DNA from: Eledone cirrhosa
Lineage: Eukaryota
DNA length: 64,000 bases
Reading direction: 5' to 3'
Assembly: GCA_964016885.1 (NCBI GenBank)
Contig: OZ024748.1
Location: 19,716,001-19,780,000 of the forward strand
Shown here: positions 1 to 12,930 of the stretch, in pieces
How the letters are laid out: each line of letters starts with the position of its first letter
Position numbering within the stretch: position 1 is the first letter of the stretch
The notes under the pieces: model-generated
The model's database searches: none
What the model was told of the DNA's origin: nothing
Seen by the model: the letters and a program-made list of their open reading frames with translations, nothing else
Program-made: the position numbers and the translations under genes

Positions 1-190
1 TATGTCTGACTGTGTCTGTGTGTTTTTGTATGTCTGACTGTATCTGTGTATTTTTGTATGTCTGACTGTGTCTGTGTGTTTGTGTATGTCTGACTGTATC
101 TGTGTATTTTTGTATGTCTGACTGTGTCTGTGTGTTTTTGTATGTCTGACTGTATCTGTGTATTTTTGTATGTCTGACTGTGTCTGTGCC
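1..190. repeat. 28-bp minisatellite (TATGTCTGACTGTRTCTGTGTRTTTTTG), runs off window start
   Basis: Unit recurs at 1, 29, 57 and onward with alternating variants. Confidence 0.9.
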
Positions 191-684
191 TGTGTCGGTG
201 TCTGTGTGTTTGAATATGTGTTTTCCTGCAGTTAGTAGAACATCCTACATATATTAAATTAACACTGGTTATATCAGGTTAGATATTGTTATATGATTAA
301 CCAGGCACTATTAAGATATATTCAACTTAATGATATCCATATCATATTTACTACCTGGATCAACTGTGAAGTATTAGTAAATCGATCAACTTTTGTGAAC
401 TTAAATACTAGGAGTTATTTATCTTCTTGAATGTTTACTTTTTGCGAGATCACTTGTCCTGTTAGAAAAATTGCAAGGTCGCTCTCAATGGCTCAGGGTT
501 TAATCTAAGGAGATGTTACATCTGTACACATCTTTGAGGTAGGTGGCCATAGCATAGCACTTGATATTCTCGGAGTCTAAAAATCATTTGTAATGACTAT
601 GCTGAAGATTGTGTGCGTGTCTTAAGCTTCTTTATCATCATGTAGTGTGTAACCACATGAAGAGTTTTAAAAAAATGTAAACTT

Positions 685-1210
685 ACTGCACATAATAGAT
701 TTAGAACTGAACTGCACAAAAGTAGATTAATACTGCACAAAATTATATTTAAAACTGCACAAAATTATACAGAATTGCACAAAATTAGACAAAACTGCAC
801 AAAATTAGATATAAACTGCACAAAATTAGACGAAACTGCACAAAATTAGATATAAACTGCACAAAATTAGATTTGAAATTGCATAAAATTCGATTTTAAA
901 CTGCACAAAAGTAGATTAAAACTGCACAAAATTAGAGTTACCACTGCACAAAAGTAGATTTAAATCTGTACAAACGTAATTTTAAACTGCACAAAGGTAG
1001 ATTTAAAACTGCACAAAATTAGATTAAAAACTGGACAAAATTAGATTTAAAACTGTGCAAAATTAGATTTAAAACTGCACAAAATTAGATTTGAAACTGC
1101 GCAAAAGTAAATTAAAAAAATTGCCCAAAATTAGATTTAAAACTGTACAAACGTAGATTAAAATCTAAACATGATTAAATTTAGTACTGGACTGCACAAA
1201 CATAGATTTA
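685..1210. repeat. Degenerate ~21-22 bp minisatellite (AAACTGCACAAAATTAGATTT)
   Basis: About 24 imperfect tandem copies of ACTGCACAAAA...AGATT. Confidence 0.85.
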
Positions 1211-1435
1211 AATGTTTAGAAGCAGCAGTCAAATTTTAGAAATTCACGAATTTTTTAGGCGAGTACCATGACCTCTTGTACGATATTTTATAATATGGTC
1301 AATAAATATATATCATTGGTATTCCTATAGCAACCTTTTCCAGTATACTTAAAAGGGTAAATCTACACCAGTGAAATGAACTCAGTAACTTGATGGACCA
1401 AGCATGATATTGTAATATATATATATATACTGCAC

Positions 1436-1466
<31 letters not shown>

Positions 1467-2022
1467 ATTGTACAGTAATTGCACCGAATGCTACTAACAC
1501 CTTCTTCTTTATAAACAATGCAGATGCCATACTATGTATATAATTATATAAATACAAACATACATACACGACACACTCAGACAAACACACACACACACAC
1601 ATTTATATATGTATATATATATATATATATATATTCATATATACATATATATACACATATACATACACACACACATATATATGTACTTCCATATATATAT
1701 ATATATATATACTATTATAAATGTACATATATATATATATATATATATAAGTATATATACATTTATATATATATACACACACACATATATGCATGTATGT
1801 ATATATTAATATATATTTCTAACCTACTAAGAAAACATATACAAGCTACAAGCCATAATTGCCCTATTTTACATTCATTTATCAATTTGACTCACTTTAA
1901 AAATTCATTTTTTTAATTTTATTTCATCTTACTTTATGTAAATTACTTTCGCATTGCCGCGCTCTGTGTATCATAATGTCCTCGAAGAAAATCATGGCAT
2001 TTTAGAACAGACGGTGTATATA

Positions 2023-2086
<64 letters not shown>

Positions 2087-2340
2087 ATATATACATGTAT
2101 TTACTTATATATATATATATATATAATGTATATATACATGTATTTACTTATATATATATATATATATAATGTATATATACATGTATTTACTTATATATAT
2201 ATATAAATATATATATATATATGTATAGATATATATATGTATATGTATATATTTATATGTATATATATATATTTATTTATATATATATACATATATACAT
2301 ACATACATATATATATATATATACATACATAAATATATAT

Positions 2341-2429
<89 letters not shown>

Positions 2430-2791
2430 GTGCTCATTGTCTCCTAGAATGTCACAGTGAACCGCAGCTGACTTCTCCCCCACATACGTCAGAAATATCC
2501 ATTACATATGTAAACCTATACTGTCTCTTAAAATGTGTTAATTCAGATGATATGTTACGAACGCTTAATTCAATAACGTACGAGAAAGAAGAGAGAAACA
2601 CAAACAGAACTTAATATAAACTGGATGGAAATTGATGTCTGTATTTACATAAATATAATTATATATATAAATATATATGTATGTATATGTATATGTATAA
2701 GTATATATATATATATATACATATAAATATATATGTATATATATATATTTATATATATATGTGTGTGTATTTATGTATGTATGTATGTATG

Positions 2792-2825
<34 letters not shown>

Positions 2826-2840
2826 TGTTTATCCAATGAT

Positions 2841-3170
2841 GGTATCCAATGATGTTGACTTGTTCTTCTTTTTTGGTAAATATCATCTTGGTTAAGAGAG
2901 TGGGACTGGCTTTGTGCAGTGCCTTTGCTCACTATAAAAGCTTCACGGCACAGGCATTGCTTTATATCTGGAGATCTCTTTGCACTTGTCGTCACATGGT
3001 ACCATGGGCCCAGCACTATGTGTCAATAATTGTCACAAGTGTAGTGTTTGTACCAGAGTTTTCAAGCCGCTGGCTGGACTAAACAGTCACACTCGTTCAG
3101 CGCATCGGTAGGGGTTCTCCTACATGGATATAAAGTAGTGGCCGTACTCGAAAACGAGTTGGCAGCCACC
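2841..3170 (+). mobile_element. Non-coding retroposon family inserted in (TATG)n, 5'-truncated copy
   Basis: Near-identical to the reverse complement of 22403-22730, 23033-23350 and 62269-62590; ends GAGTTGGCAGCCACC then ATGT repeats. Confidence 0.8.
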
Positions 3171-3303
3171 ATGTATGTTTATATATATATAAATATATAT
3201 GTATGTATACGTATATGTATATGTATAAGTATATATATATATACATATAAATATATATGTATATATATATTTATATATATATGTGTGTGTATGTATGTAT
3301 GTT

Positions 3304-3384
<81 letters not shown>

Positions 3385-3840
3385 GTATAATATATATATA
3401 TATGTATGTATATATGTGTGTATGTACATAGGAAAACATGTGGGCCACAGTGCAGATAACTATGAATCATTTTTGAAGAGGTTGTGTAAAATACGCCTGG
3501 ATATGGAAGCAAGTGAAAAAAAGACTCTTGCGGGTAAAAAATTCTCTCTCTCTCTCTACACACACACACATACACACACATACACACACACATACATACA
3601 CACAAACACATGCTTACGCACGTGCTCAAGTATAGCTCTTTTTACAAAACGTTTTTTTTTTTCATTTCAGGTAGATGCGTTCCATCATCCAATTTTCTAA
3701 AAAACAAATCATACACAAAACACCAGCATCAACAGTTTTACAAGAGGTGTCAACATGAATGGACCTATTATTTTTATCTAAAGACATGTTTTCCAATTCC
3801 ATCCCGCCCGTCCCCTCAATCTATTCTATTTCTCATTCTT

Positions 3841-3876
3841 TCTTCTGATGAAGGACTAGCGTCCGAAACGTTAAGA
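3841..3876 (+). ncRNA. Minimal type I hammerhead ribozyme motif (Penelope pLTR type)
   Basis: tctt CTGATGA a ggac tagc gtcc GAA ACGT T aaga: stem I tctt/aaga, stem II ggac/gtcc, palindromic ACGT in place of stem III. Confidence 0.75.
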
Positions 3877-3975
3877 CCCTCTTCCTGCTATATTAAGCGT
3901 TAACCTAATATATACCTTTCATATACTGTTCCGATTGTGTTATTATTTCTGTTTACCTTTTACATACATATATAT

Positions 3976-4189
3976 CATCATCATCATCGTTTAACGTCCG
4001 TGTTCCATGCTTGCATGGGTTTGGACGGGAGTTTTCCCACTTGAGGCAAGAGTGGTTGTCTTGCTCGCATAGGACTGTCTGGCGGGTTTTCTACAGTTGG
4101 ATGCCCTTCCTAACACCAACCACATTTACAGTGTGGGGCTGGGAGGTTTTTACCGTGTTGCCTACACGGCCACATTACAGCGTGGACCG

Positions 4190-4190
<1 letters not shown>
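3976..4190 (-). mobile_element. SINE/RTE-tail-like retroposon fragment with (TGA)n tail
   Basis: (CAT)n run followed by CGTTTAACGTCCG and GGATGCCCTTCCTAACACCAAC, motifs I recall from invertebrate SINE 3' parts. Confidence 0.5.
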
Positions 4191-4256
<66 letters not shown>

Positions 4257-4259
<3 letters not shown>

Positions 4260-5270
4260 TGTAGTTAATACGAAGCATATGGAGATATGTAGTGAAAGAT
4301 CGATAATTTTTAAAAGCCGGTACAATGCAGTAGAAAAATGCAGCAAATGAAACATCACCAAACAAAGTAATATTTTACCCACCGTATTTCAGCCTGATAT
4401 TTCGGGGCTAAACTCCCTTCTCAGACGCAAAGTTGAAACAAACAAAACAAAAACGGTCAATCGTAATATTCTTCCTTAACTGGTCTGTGTGTCTGCAAAA
4501 CGCATGCGCTGGTTCCCTACAGTACCCTTTATGCCTTATGAATTTCTGACCTATTATTTATCCCTAGTCTTATGCGGTTGATTAAAATGGTCACTTTAAT
4601 ATCTAAATTGACTATATTCCTTTCCTATCAGTCGCCCAAAATGGTATCCTCAATGTTTTAACTGTGGCATATGTCAAGATAATTTTAACGGAAGAGGCTC
4701 TTGTTGTCACGTGCTCCTTGATCCATATATGTAGCCACCTTATGTCTAAACATTGCCACTAAACATTATAACTGTCATAGGTGCTACCACCTAAACAGCT
4801 TTCTAACGGAAATTACAACATCAACGAAATAGAACTACCAGGAAACTAGAAACAAACCATGTATAACCGATCTATCTGGCTTGCTAATCAAGAGAATAGG
4901 GATTAAGCTATGGACCTAAATTCATCACACTTACACATACATACGCCACTCCGAAAATATAAAACTTGCCATAGAGGCCAGCTTCTGTAGGAAGGCATAC
5001 CAGTTAAAGTGGGGGACAGCCTTAACATCCATGGCTGTCATTACTAAAGTTGGCACCACTACAACAACAAACATCAAACAACACCAAGAGAGAGTGGAGG
5101 GAATAAAGTTCAATAGAGTGGATGAAATATGAGGTGGAAGAACGAGAATGGTACGAGACTGAAGTTGTGGAAACGAAAGTAACAGGACGAATATGTAAAA
5201 TAATCTCACAAGACGTATTATAGAGAAGGTGATACCGGAATGGAAAATATAGAAAATGGCGTCGATATAT
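4257..5270 (-). mobile_element. Decayed Penelope-like element 3' region (GIY-YIG C-terminal remnant plus pLTR with degenerate hammerhead), flanked by (TA)n
   Basis: Minus-strand pieces IRWLHIWIKEHVTTRASSVK (about 4685-4743) and NLDIKVTILINRIRLGINNRSE (about 4544-4610) resemble the GIY-YIG RxxEH and LxIKEAILI..IN motifs; hammerhead-like gcgt CTGAGAA ggg..ccc GAAATATC aggc at 4392-4428. Confidence 0.6.
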
Positions 5271-5288
5271 AAATATATATATATATAT

Positions 5289-5329
<41 letters not shown>

Positions 5330-5461
5330 TGTGTGTGTGTGTGTGTACACACGAACCTCGTCCCGCACCTCCCACTCTCAAGCGTAAACTTAATACTAAC
5401 ACTTTTGACTGCACTCTTCGCTTTGATTTTGTTTTTTGTTTTCTGTTTTAACTATATTACA

Positions 5462-5572
<111 letters not shown>

Positions 5573-5742
5573 GTATATATATATTAGATCATATCATATC
5601 ATATATAAATAATTCAAAAACAAATTTGTATAAGAAAGCAAGATGTCTAAGAATTATTGGTAAGACTCACAAGATAAAGTAAATATACACCAGTGTAACA
5701 AGAAATACAGACACACACACACACGCAGGCACACGCACGCAC

Positions 5743-5825
<83 letters not shown>

Positions 5826-6360
5826 TATATATATATATATTACTTGACGCTTGAAAGTTTAACAATACATACATACATTTATATATACATGCATATATAC
5901 ATGCATATATGCATACATATACATACATATGTATGTATGTATGTAGTTCTCCGTTCCACCAATTATTTTCACTAACACATACACTGGAGTCACTGAGTAC
6001 TCCTACCAGGTTTTGTTAAATTATTTCTTCATGCGCTGTACAAATATATATATGTGTATATGTGTTCATGTGTGTATATATATATGATGCATGTTTTGTG
6101 AGTATGTGTGTATATATAGCATTTATATATGATATGTGTGTGTGTGTATGTGTGTGTGTGTGTCAGTGTGTATGTATGTGTATATTTAATGCATACTTTT
6201 GTGAGTGTGTGTGTATATATAACATATATACATGTGTGTGTGTGTAAGTGTATATGTATGTGCATATCTAATGTGTGTGTATATATATGTGTGTGTGCGT
6301 GTATGTGAGTGTTTGTGTGTAAGTGTGCATGTATGTACATATTTAATTCATGCTTTTGTG

Positions 6361-6421
<61 letters not shown>

Positions 6422-6662
6422 TATATATATAGTATATATATATATAGTGTGTGTGTACGTGTGTGTTAGTGTGTGTGCGTGTATAATGAAAAAGAAACGC
6501 TTTATCCAATTGTGTTGGCCACAATATTGATCAATTATTTCACTGAAACAGTAACATGGCGGCGGTGCCCCAGCATGGTCTCAACTCTGCGGCTGGAACA
6601 CAATAAAATACTAATTTCTTACACAAACTATGCATTAGTGGAGGTAGAGGATCTACGGCGAT

Positions 6663-6779
<117 letters not shown>

Positions 6780-6977
6780 TTTATATTTTTATATTTCTAT
6801 ATTTTTATATCTCCAAACGTTTTTAATATATATATCCAAATGTTTATATATATGTGGAAAAACATGTTTTTTTATATATATGTGGAATAACCTATGGTTT
6901 ATGCTTTAAATATATTCTTAAGATGAATTTTTTAATGTTTTAATTTTAATTTTAAAGTTAATGTTTGAACTTTATAG

Positions 6978-7560
6978 CAAGTAAATTTATGACTTCGTAT
7001 AAAATAACATATGGTTCATGTTTTAATTATATTCTTAAGATAAAAAATGTTGTACATTTTTTAACTTTATAACATTTAATCCTTTTGTAAACTCTCGTAA
7101 GTTTTTCATAAATTTAGAATTATTTGGATGTTTAAATTTTGACTTACAACTTTTAATAAAATAAACTATATTAGTTTTGCTCTAATGTAAAATACTATAT
7201 ATATACACCTATACAAGTAAATTTATGACTTCGTATAAAATAACATATGGTTCATGTTTTAATTATATTCTTAAGATAAAAAAATGTTTAACTTTTTAAC
7301 TTTATACCATTTAATCCTTAGAGTCATCTGAGTTCTTAAAAAATCACTTCTAACTTCCTTTATACTCCCTTACTATTCTTAAAAAATCACTTCTAACTTC
7401 CTTTACACTTCCTTACTGGTTTTATAATATAACTAAGTGGTTATTCCTTTGTAAACTCTCGTAAATTTTTCATTAATTTAGAATTATTTGGATGTTTAAA
7501 TTTTGATTTACAACTTTTAATAAAATAAACTATAATAGTTTTGCTCTAATGTAAAATAAT
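6978..7560. repeat. Local direct duplication of a ~220-bp AT-rich block, second copy with an insertion
   Basis: CAAGTAAATTTATGACTTCGTATAAAATAAC at about 6978 and 7214; the downstream halves also match. Confidence 0.8.
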
Positions 7561-8539
7561 ATATATTTATTTAAATAATTTATAATCCTTAACATTTAAA
7601 CTAATTATTAATATTAAATTATTAAATTAAATCTTTAATATTAAGGTAAATTTTAATCTTTAATTTTGATTTCTAATTTTTAATTTTAATTTAATTTTAA
7701 TCTAATTTTTCAACCTATCATTATTATATTCAGTATTATAATCAAAACGTAATGAATCCTGCATTATAAATATTATTCTTCCACGTTATTCTCATTCCTT
7801 CTCTCTTTTAGATATACTCACGCTGTTTATCTATTCATGCACTCTATTTTCACTATCAATATATATAATCGTTCTTTCTTTCCTCTTCTATCTTTCTTCT
7901 TCCTTTTTCTTTATTTTATTTTTTATTTTAATTTTATTTTTTTATCTATTTTTTTCTCTCTCCCTCACATATCACCTTCTTCCAACAGTTTAATTTAAAT
8001 AAACCGTTATCTTTTCAACCTTTCGGACACTCATTTGCATACTCACTCATAATTTTTTATTACCCTCAATAAATGTAATATCTCCACTATCCAGTAAGCT
8101 CCAACCGTTAAGGTTGTCTTTTTTTCCGGGTATGTCAATATATATTTATAAAACAAATCTGTATTTTATCTGATGAAAGCGCGCCATAATTTGCCTTGGT
8201 TGCCCTTGAAATATGTATATAAAATAAATATGGTTTTATATATATATTTTCTATTTATTAATATATTGTATATATATATATATATATACAATCCACACAG
8301 CACACCAGCGACTTTAAAACTACATACATACTACACATTACTTACACAAGCAATATACATAGATATAATCTATATAAGCATAAATAATATTTTTGTACCG
8401 AATCTATGTAAGCTTGGTTTATCTGAGGTTACTGATAAACAATAAAAAATAACAATTCATAAAAAGTGTTGTATTCTTGCTATATTTGTCTGTGTGTATT
8501 TTATTTCCATGAAAAGCGGTCAATATACAAAATATGGTG

Positions 8540-9700
8540 AGGGTAATGTAGTAGTTGGTTAAAGGGAGTGTTTAAGGACTTTATAATCTCCCCGTCCACC
8601 AGAATGATGAGGTTAATGGTTGATGTATCTCATGTTTTCAGACACTATAGTCCTCCCCCACCAGTGTGGTGAGGTTGTAGTTAGTGGTTAGAAGGAGTGA
8701 TCACAAACTTTGCAGCCCCTCCTCCAATCAGTAGGGTGAGTTTGGTATAGTTGAGAGCTAATGGGAGTGACAGATTAGTGTATGGTCCATCCTTTAAATA
8801 TGGGGAGGTGTATTCAGTTGGTGGCTAGAGGGAGTGTCTAAAGACTTTGTAGTACCTCCTCCTTTTAGTGAAAGGAGGTTGATGAAGTCGAGAGACAGAG
8901 GCGTGATCAAATAGTGTATAGCCCCTGCCACAATAATTAAATTGCCGCAGATGATGGTGAGGATGACCGTCCAAAGTATGTAGAACTCCTTCAACGGAGG
9001 CTAAGTTGATGTAGCGGATAACTAAAGGGAGTGTCCAGAACTTTTATAGACCTTCCCCACAGAGATGAAGTTGATAGAGTCGATAACTAGACTTTGTAGC
9101 CCCTCCCAGAGTTGTGAGGTTGATGAAGATATCTTCAGGGAGTGTCCAAAAGCTTTATAGTACCTCTCACCAGAGAGGTAGAGTAGATGCAGGTGAGAGT
9201 TAGGGAGAAGGTCCAATGTCTCTACAGCCCCTCCCAAAGTGATGAAGTTGGTACAGTTGATTGTTAAGGGGAATGATTAAAGGGTTAATAGCCCCTTCTC
9301 AGTATGGTGAGGTTGGTACAGTTGATTGTTAAGGGGAATGATTAAAGGGTTAATAGCCCCTCCCCAGTATTGTGAGGTTGGTACAGTTGATTGTTAAGGG
9401 GAGTGACTAAAGGGTTAATAGCCCTTCCCAGTCTCTTTAGCTCCTTCCATGTAGTAGTGAGCTTGATGACTAGAGGGAGTGTCCAACGGCTCTTTAGCTC
9501 CTCCCATGCAGTAGTGAAGTTGGTGACTAGAGGGAATGTCGAACGATCCTTTAGCTCACCCCGCTCCCCATGCAGTAGTAAGGTTGATGACTAGAGGGAG
9601 TTTCCAACGACTCTTTAGCTCCTCCCATGCAGTAGTGAAGTTGATGACTAGAGGGAGTTTCCAACGAAACTTTAGTTCCTCCTCCAAATAGTGAGGTTGA
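8540..9700. repeat. Diverged ~65-bp minisatellite grading into a 57-bp sub-array
   Basis: GGTACAGTTGATTG at 9250, 9315, 9380 (65 bp); CTTTAG at 9435, 9492, 9549 (57 bp). Confidence 0.8.
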
Positions 9701-10177
9701 TACAGATACGGAGTACTTTGGGTCTCCATAGATTGATACATATAGGGAAAATGTATCTACGAAAACTGGGAGTATGGCTCATGATCCCAATTGATCCCTA
9801 TTCTTGCAACGCAATGAATCTCTTTAAATGTCAGCCAAGACGCAGGCAGTGATATGATCCTGGATCACAATTTAATATCTCCAGGCAGAATGAACTGTAT
9901 CAAAGCTACGCTGGGTTAGGTACTGTTTGAATAGTGTTAAACAACATAGTGTATAAAAACTCTACCAGTAAAAAATGTCATTTGTCATATATATTGGTGT
10001 GAAAAGATTTCAACCCAGAATCACAAACATGCAACAACAGCAACAACCGCAAAAACAAACACAAAAATAACGAAAAAAAAAAAGAAAACCAACAGCAACA
10101 AAATCTAACCACATTGATGTCGCATGATTCATGGCGCATGATCTCGTTAACTGCATTATTTGTTGTGGGGTTCAGGG

Positions 10178-10266
10178 TCAACGAGAACATTCGACAGCCA
10201 AATCGCTTTGGTGCATTCCATGGTTGTATCTTCTTTCAACCTTTGCAGTCTTAAGAGTATTTCTGG
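10178..10266 (-). CDS. Weak candidate terminal coding exon (ARNTLKTAKVERRYNHGMHQSDLAVECSR*)
   Basis: Non-repetitive island; AG acceptor (tttgtttctgaag) phase-compatible with 14727-14877; no recognised homology. Confidence 0.2.
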
Positions 10267-10438
10267 CTTCAGAAACAAAGCAATGTTTAGACTAGTTGCT
10301 TTCAAGCATAAACAGACATAATACTCTTTCACTTTTGTATTCCAAAGTGTTTAATATCATTGAATGTGTGTGCGTGTGTATGTATGTGTACGTGTATGTG
10401 TATGTAGTGTATGTGGATGGATAACCTAGACGTTTTTA

Positions 10439-10533
<95 letters not shown>

Positions 10534-10538
10534 AATAA

Positions 10539-10631
<93 letters not shown>

Positions 10632-10715
10632 GAGAATGTATAACAGACAAAACGAAGAGTGCAAAAAGAAGGTTTTGTGTGGGTTTTGTGATATCTGCAA
10701 AATTCGTACACACAC

Positions 10716-10864
10716 TGAATGTGTACATATTACATAGAATAATATGTGCCTCCATAATCATGCGTATATACACCTATTTATTAACGGACACACACACACA
10801 TATATATATATATACATATATATGTATATATTATATGTATATATATATATATAAATATATATAC

Positions 10865-10909
<45 letters not shown>

Positions 10910-10956
10910 CATATAATATATACATATATATATACATATATACATATAGTATATAA

Positions 10957-10990
<34 letters not shown>

Positions 10991-11076
10991 GTGTGTGTGT
11001 GTGTCCGTTAATAAATAGGTGTATATACGCATGATTATGGAGGCATATATTATTCTATGTAATATGTACACATTCA
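10716..11076. repeat. Inverted duplication (~75-85 bp arms) centred on a TA-rich microsatellite
   Basis: TGAATGTGTACATATTACATAGAATAAT...TTAACGGACAC is mirrored at about 10991-11076. Confidence 0.9.
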
Positions 11077-11185
11077 AGCGTTATATATACAAACATGTCA
11101 GCATGTCAATTGTACATTAATATAACTAAATATGCAACTATGCATATTTATGTATGCATATATATATATATATATATATACATAA

Positions 11186-11258
<73 letters not shown>

Positions 11259-11834
11259 TGTATATATATGCATAGTTGCATATGTATGCATAGTTTCACA
11301 TGTATGTATGTATATATATATGCATATATATATAGTATATGCATATATATATATGTATGCATATATGTACATATATATGTATATATCAGTCTTTCTAAAC
11401 CTGTAATTGCTGTGAATATGGAAATATTTGAAAGAATACAAATACAGAATTTTATGGAACTCATAATTTCTGTTTTAACTCCCATACTTCATTTAAACTG
11501 CACTTAACAACCGGTTTGTCAAATGTTATTGTTTATTTCGATAATAGAATGTTACTTGAAATTAAAATCAATGAACTATATATAGACTTTATTCATTGAT
11601 TTCTCGTCCCTCATCTAAATTGATCTCCTCACTAAGTTTCAATCACCTATATGTTCTTTATACAATAATTGAACAACTATGATTCTACAGGGACAGGTAA
11701 AGGCTTGTTAGAGGGTGTGTCGGTACCCAGGGTCGGACTTTTCACCTATATGAAATTTGAGGCTCTTCTCTAAACATTTTCTGGTAAAAGAAATTAAAAT
11801 AATTATGCATGATTATATACATATATATATATAC

Positions 11835-11929
<95 letters not shown>

Positions 11930-11935
11930 AAAAAT

Positions 11936-12102
11936 ATGAAATCGAAAATGCAACTGGAGTCTTATTTCTAACAAAAAACCACAGACCCTCCATCTCAACT
12001 CTACTTTTGAAAAACAGAAGAACTGCGAAACCGGTAAAGGAACCAAATAAATATATATATTTAAAAAAAAAATAAGACTCCAGTTGCATTTTCGATTTCA
12101 TC
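11936..12102. repeat. TA-flanked element with ~32-bp inverted arms
   Basis: ATGAAATCGAAAATGCAACTGGAGTCTTATTT versus AAATAAGACTCCAGTTGCATTTTCGATTTCAT; right part recurs at 54593-54668. Confidence 0.8.
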
Positions 12103-12172
12103 TTTTTTTCTTTATACTTTCACTCGTGTAGGACATCTCGGTTATTTTTCATTTTGTAAAAAAAAACCTCAC

Positions 12173-12215
<43 letters not shown>

Positions 12216-12216
<1 letters not shown>

Positions 12217-12545
12217 AATGGTAAAGACCCCTTCGGTCACAAATGAGCAAGTGATTTGTACCTAGAAATTGCCCCCTACGAGGTACAATTCCGGGCAAGT
12301 TTTTTTTTGTGGAAAACCACCAGTTACCCATGCACACCACCCGGTCTCCCCTCTCCACGCCATCGATGTTGTCCAAGAGAAAGGCAATGGCCGATACAGC
12401 GTGGTATCAGTGACGTCGCAACTCATTTCTACAGCTAAGTAAATTAGAGCAACATGAAATAAAGTGTCTTGCTGAAGGACACAACGTACCACCCAGTCCG
12501 AGAATCGAATTCACAAACTCCCGATTGTAAAAGCCCAATACTCCA
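12216..12545 (-). mobile_element. tRNA-derived SINE with CORE-like domain
   Basis: Reverse strand has B-box-like GAATTCGATTC and GTCCTTCAGCAAGACACTTT; head shared with 53051-53271 and 57698-57905. Confidence 0.7.
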
Positions 12546-12930
12546 GGCTAAATAGCGAGACTTGTTACCCTGGAGTTTCACCTGTTATCTGTTATTACTT
12601 GCACATTTATTTAAAGAGAGCCGATTGTTTCGTTGATGGAATAACTGGAAATACCATCGTCGAAACTAACGGAGGTCCATTCCACATTCCACATTCCACA
12701 TTCCATATTCCATACTCAATATTCCATTTTGAATATACATTCAAGACGTTCGTTCTTTAACTGAAATGGATTAAATTCAAGGAATTTCAAGTCGTATTTT
12801 ATCTCAGAATTATGAAGATGGAATTGTTGTTAATGTTATTGAATTACCCTGCACTTTTATCAGAGATATCATTTCCAATAGGTTAGGTTATCTAATTATA
12901 TTCTATTAGAGAACAGCATTATAGAACAAG

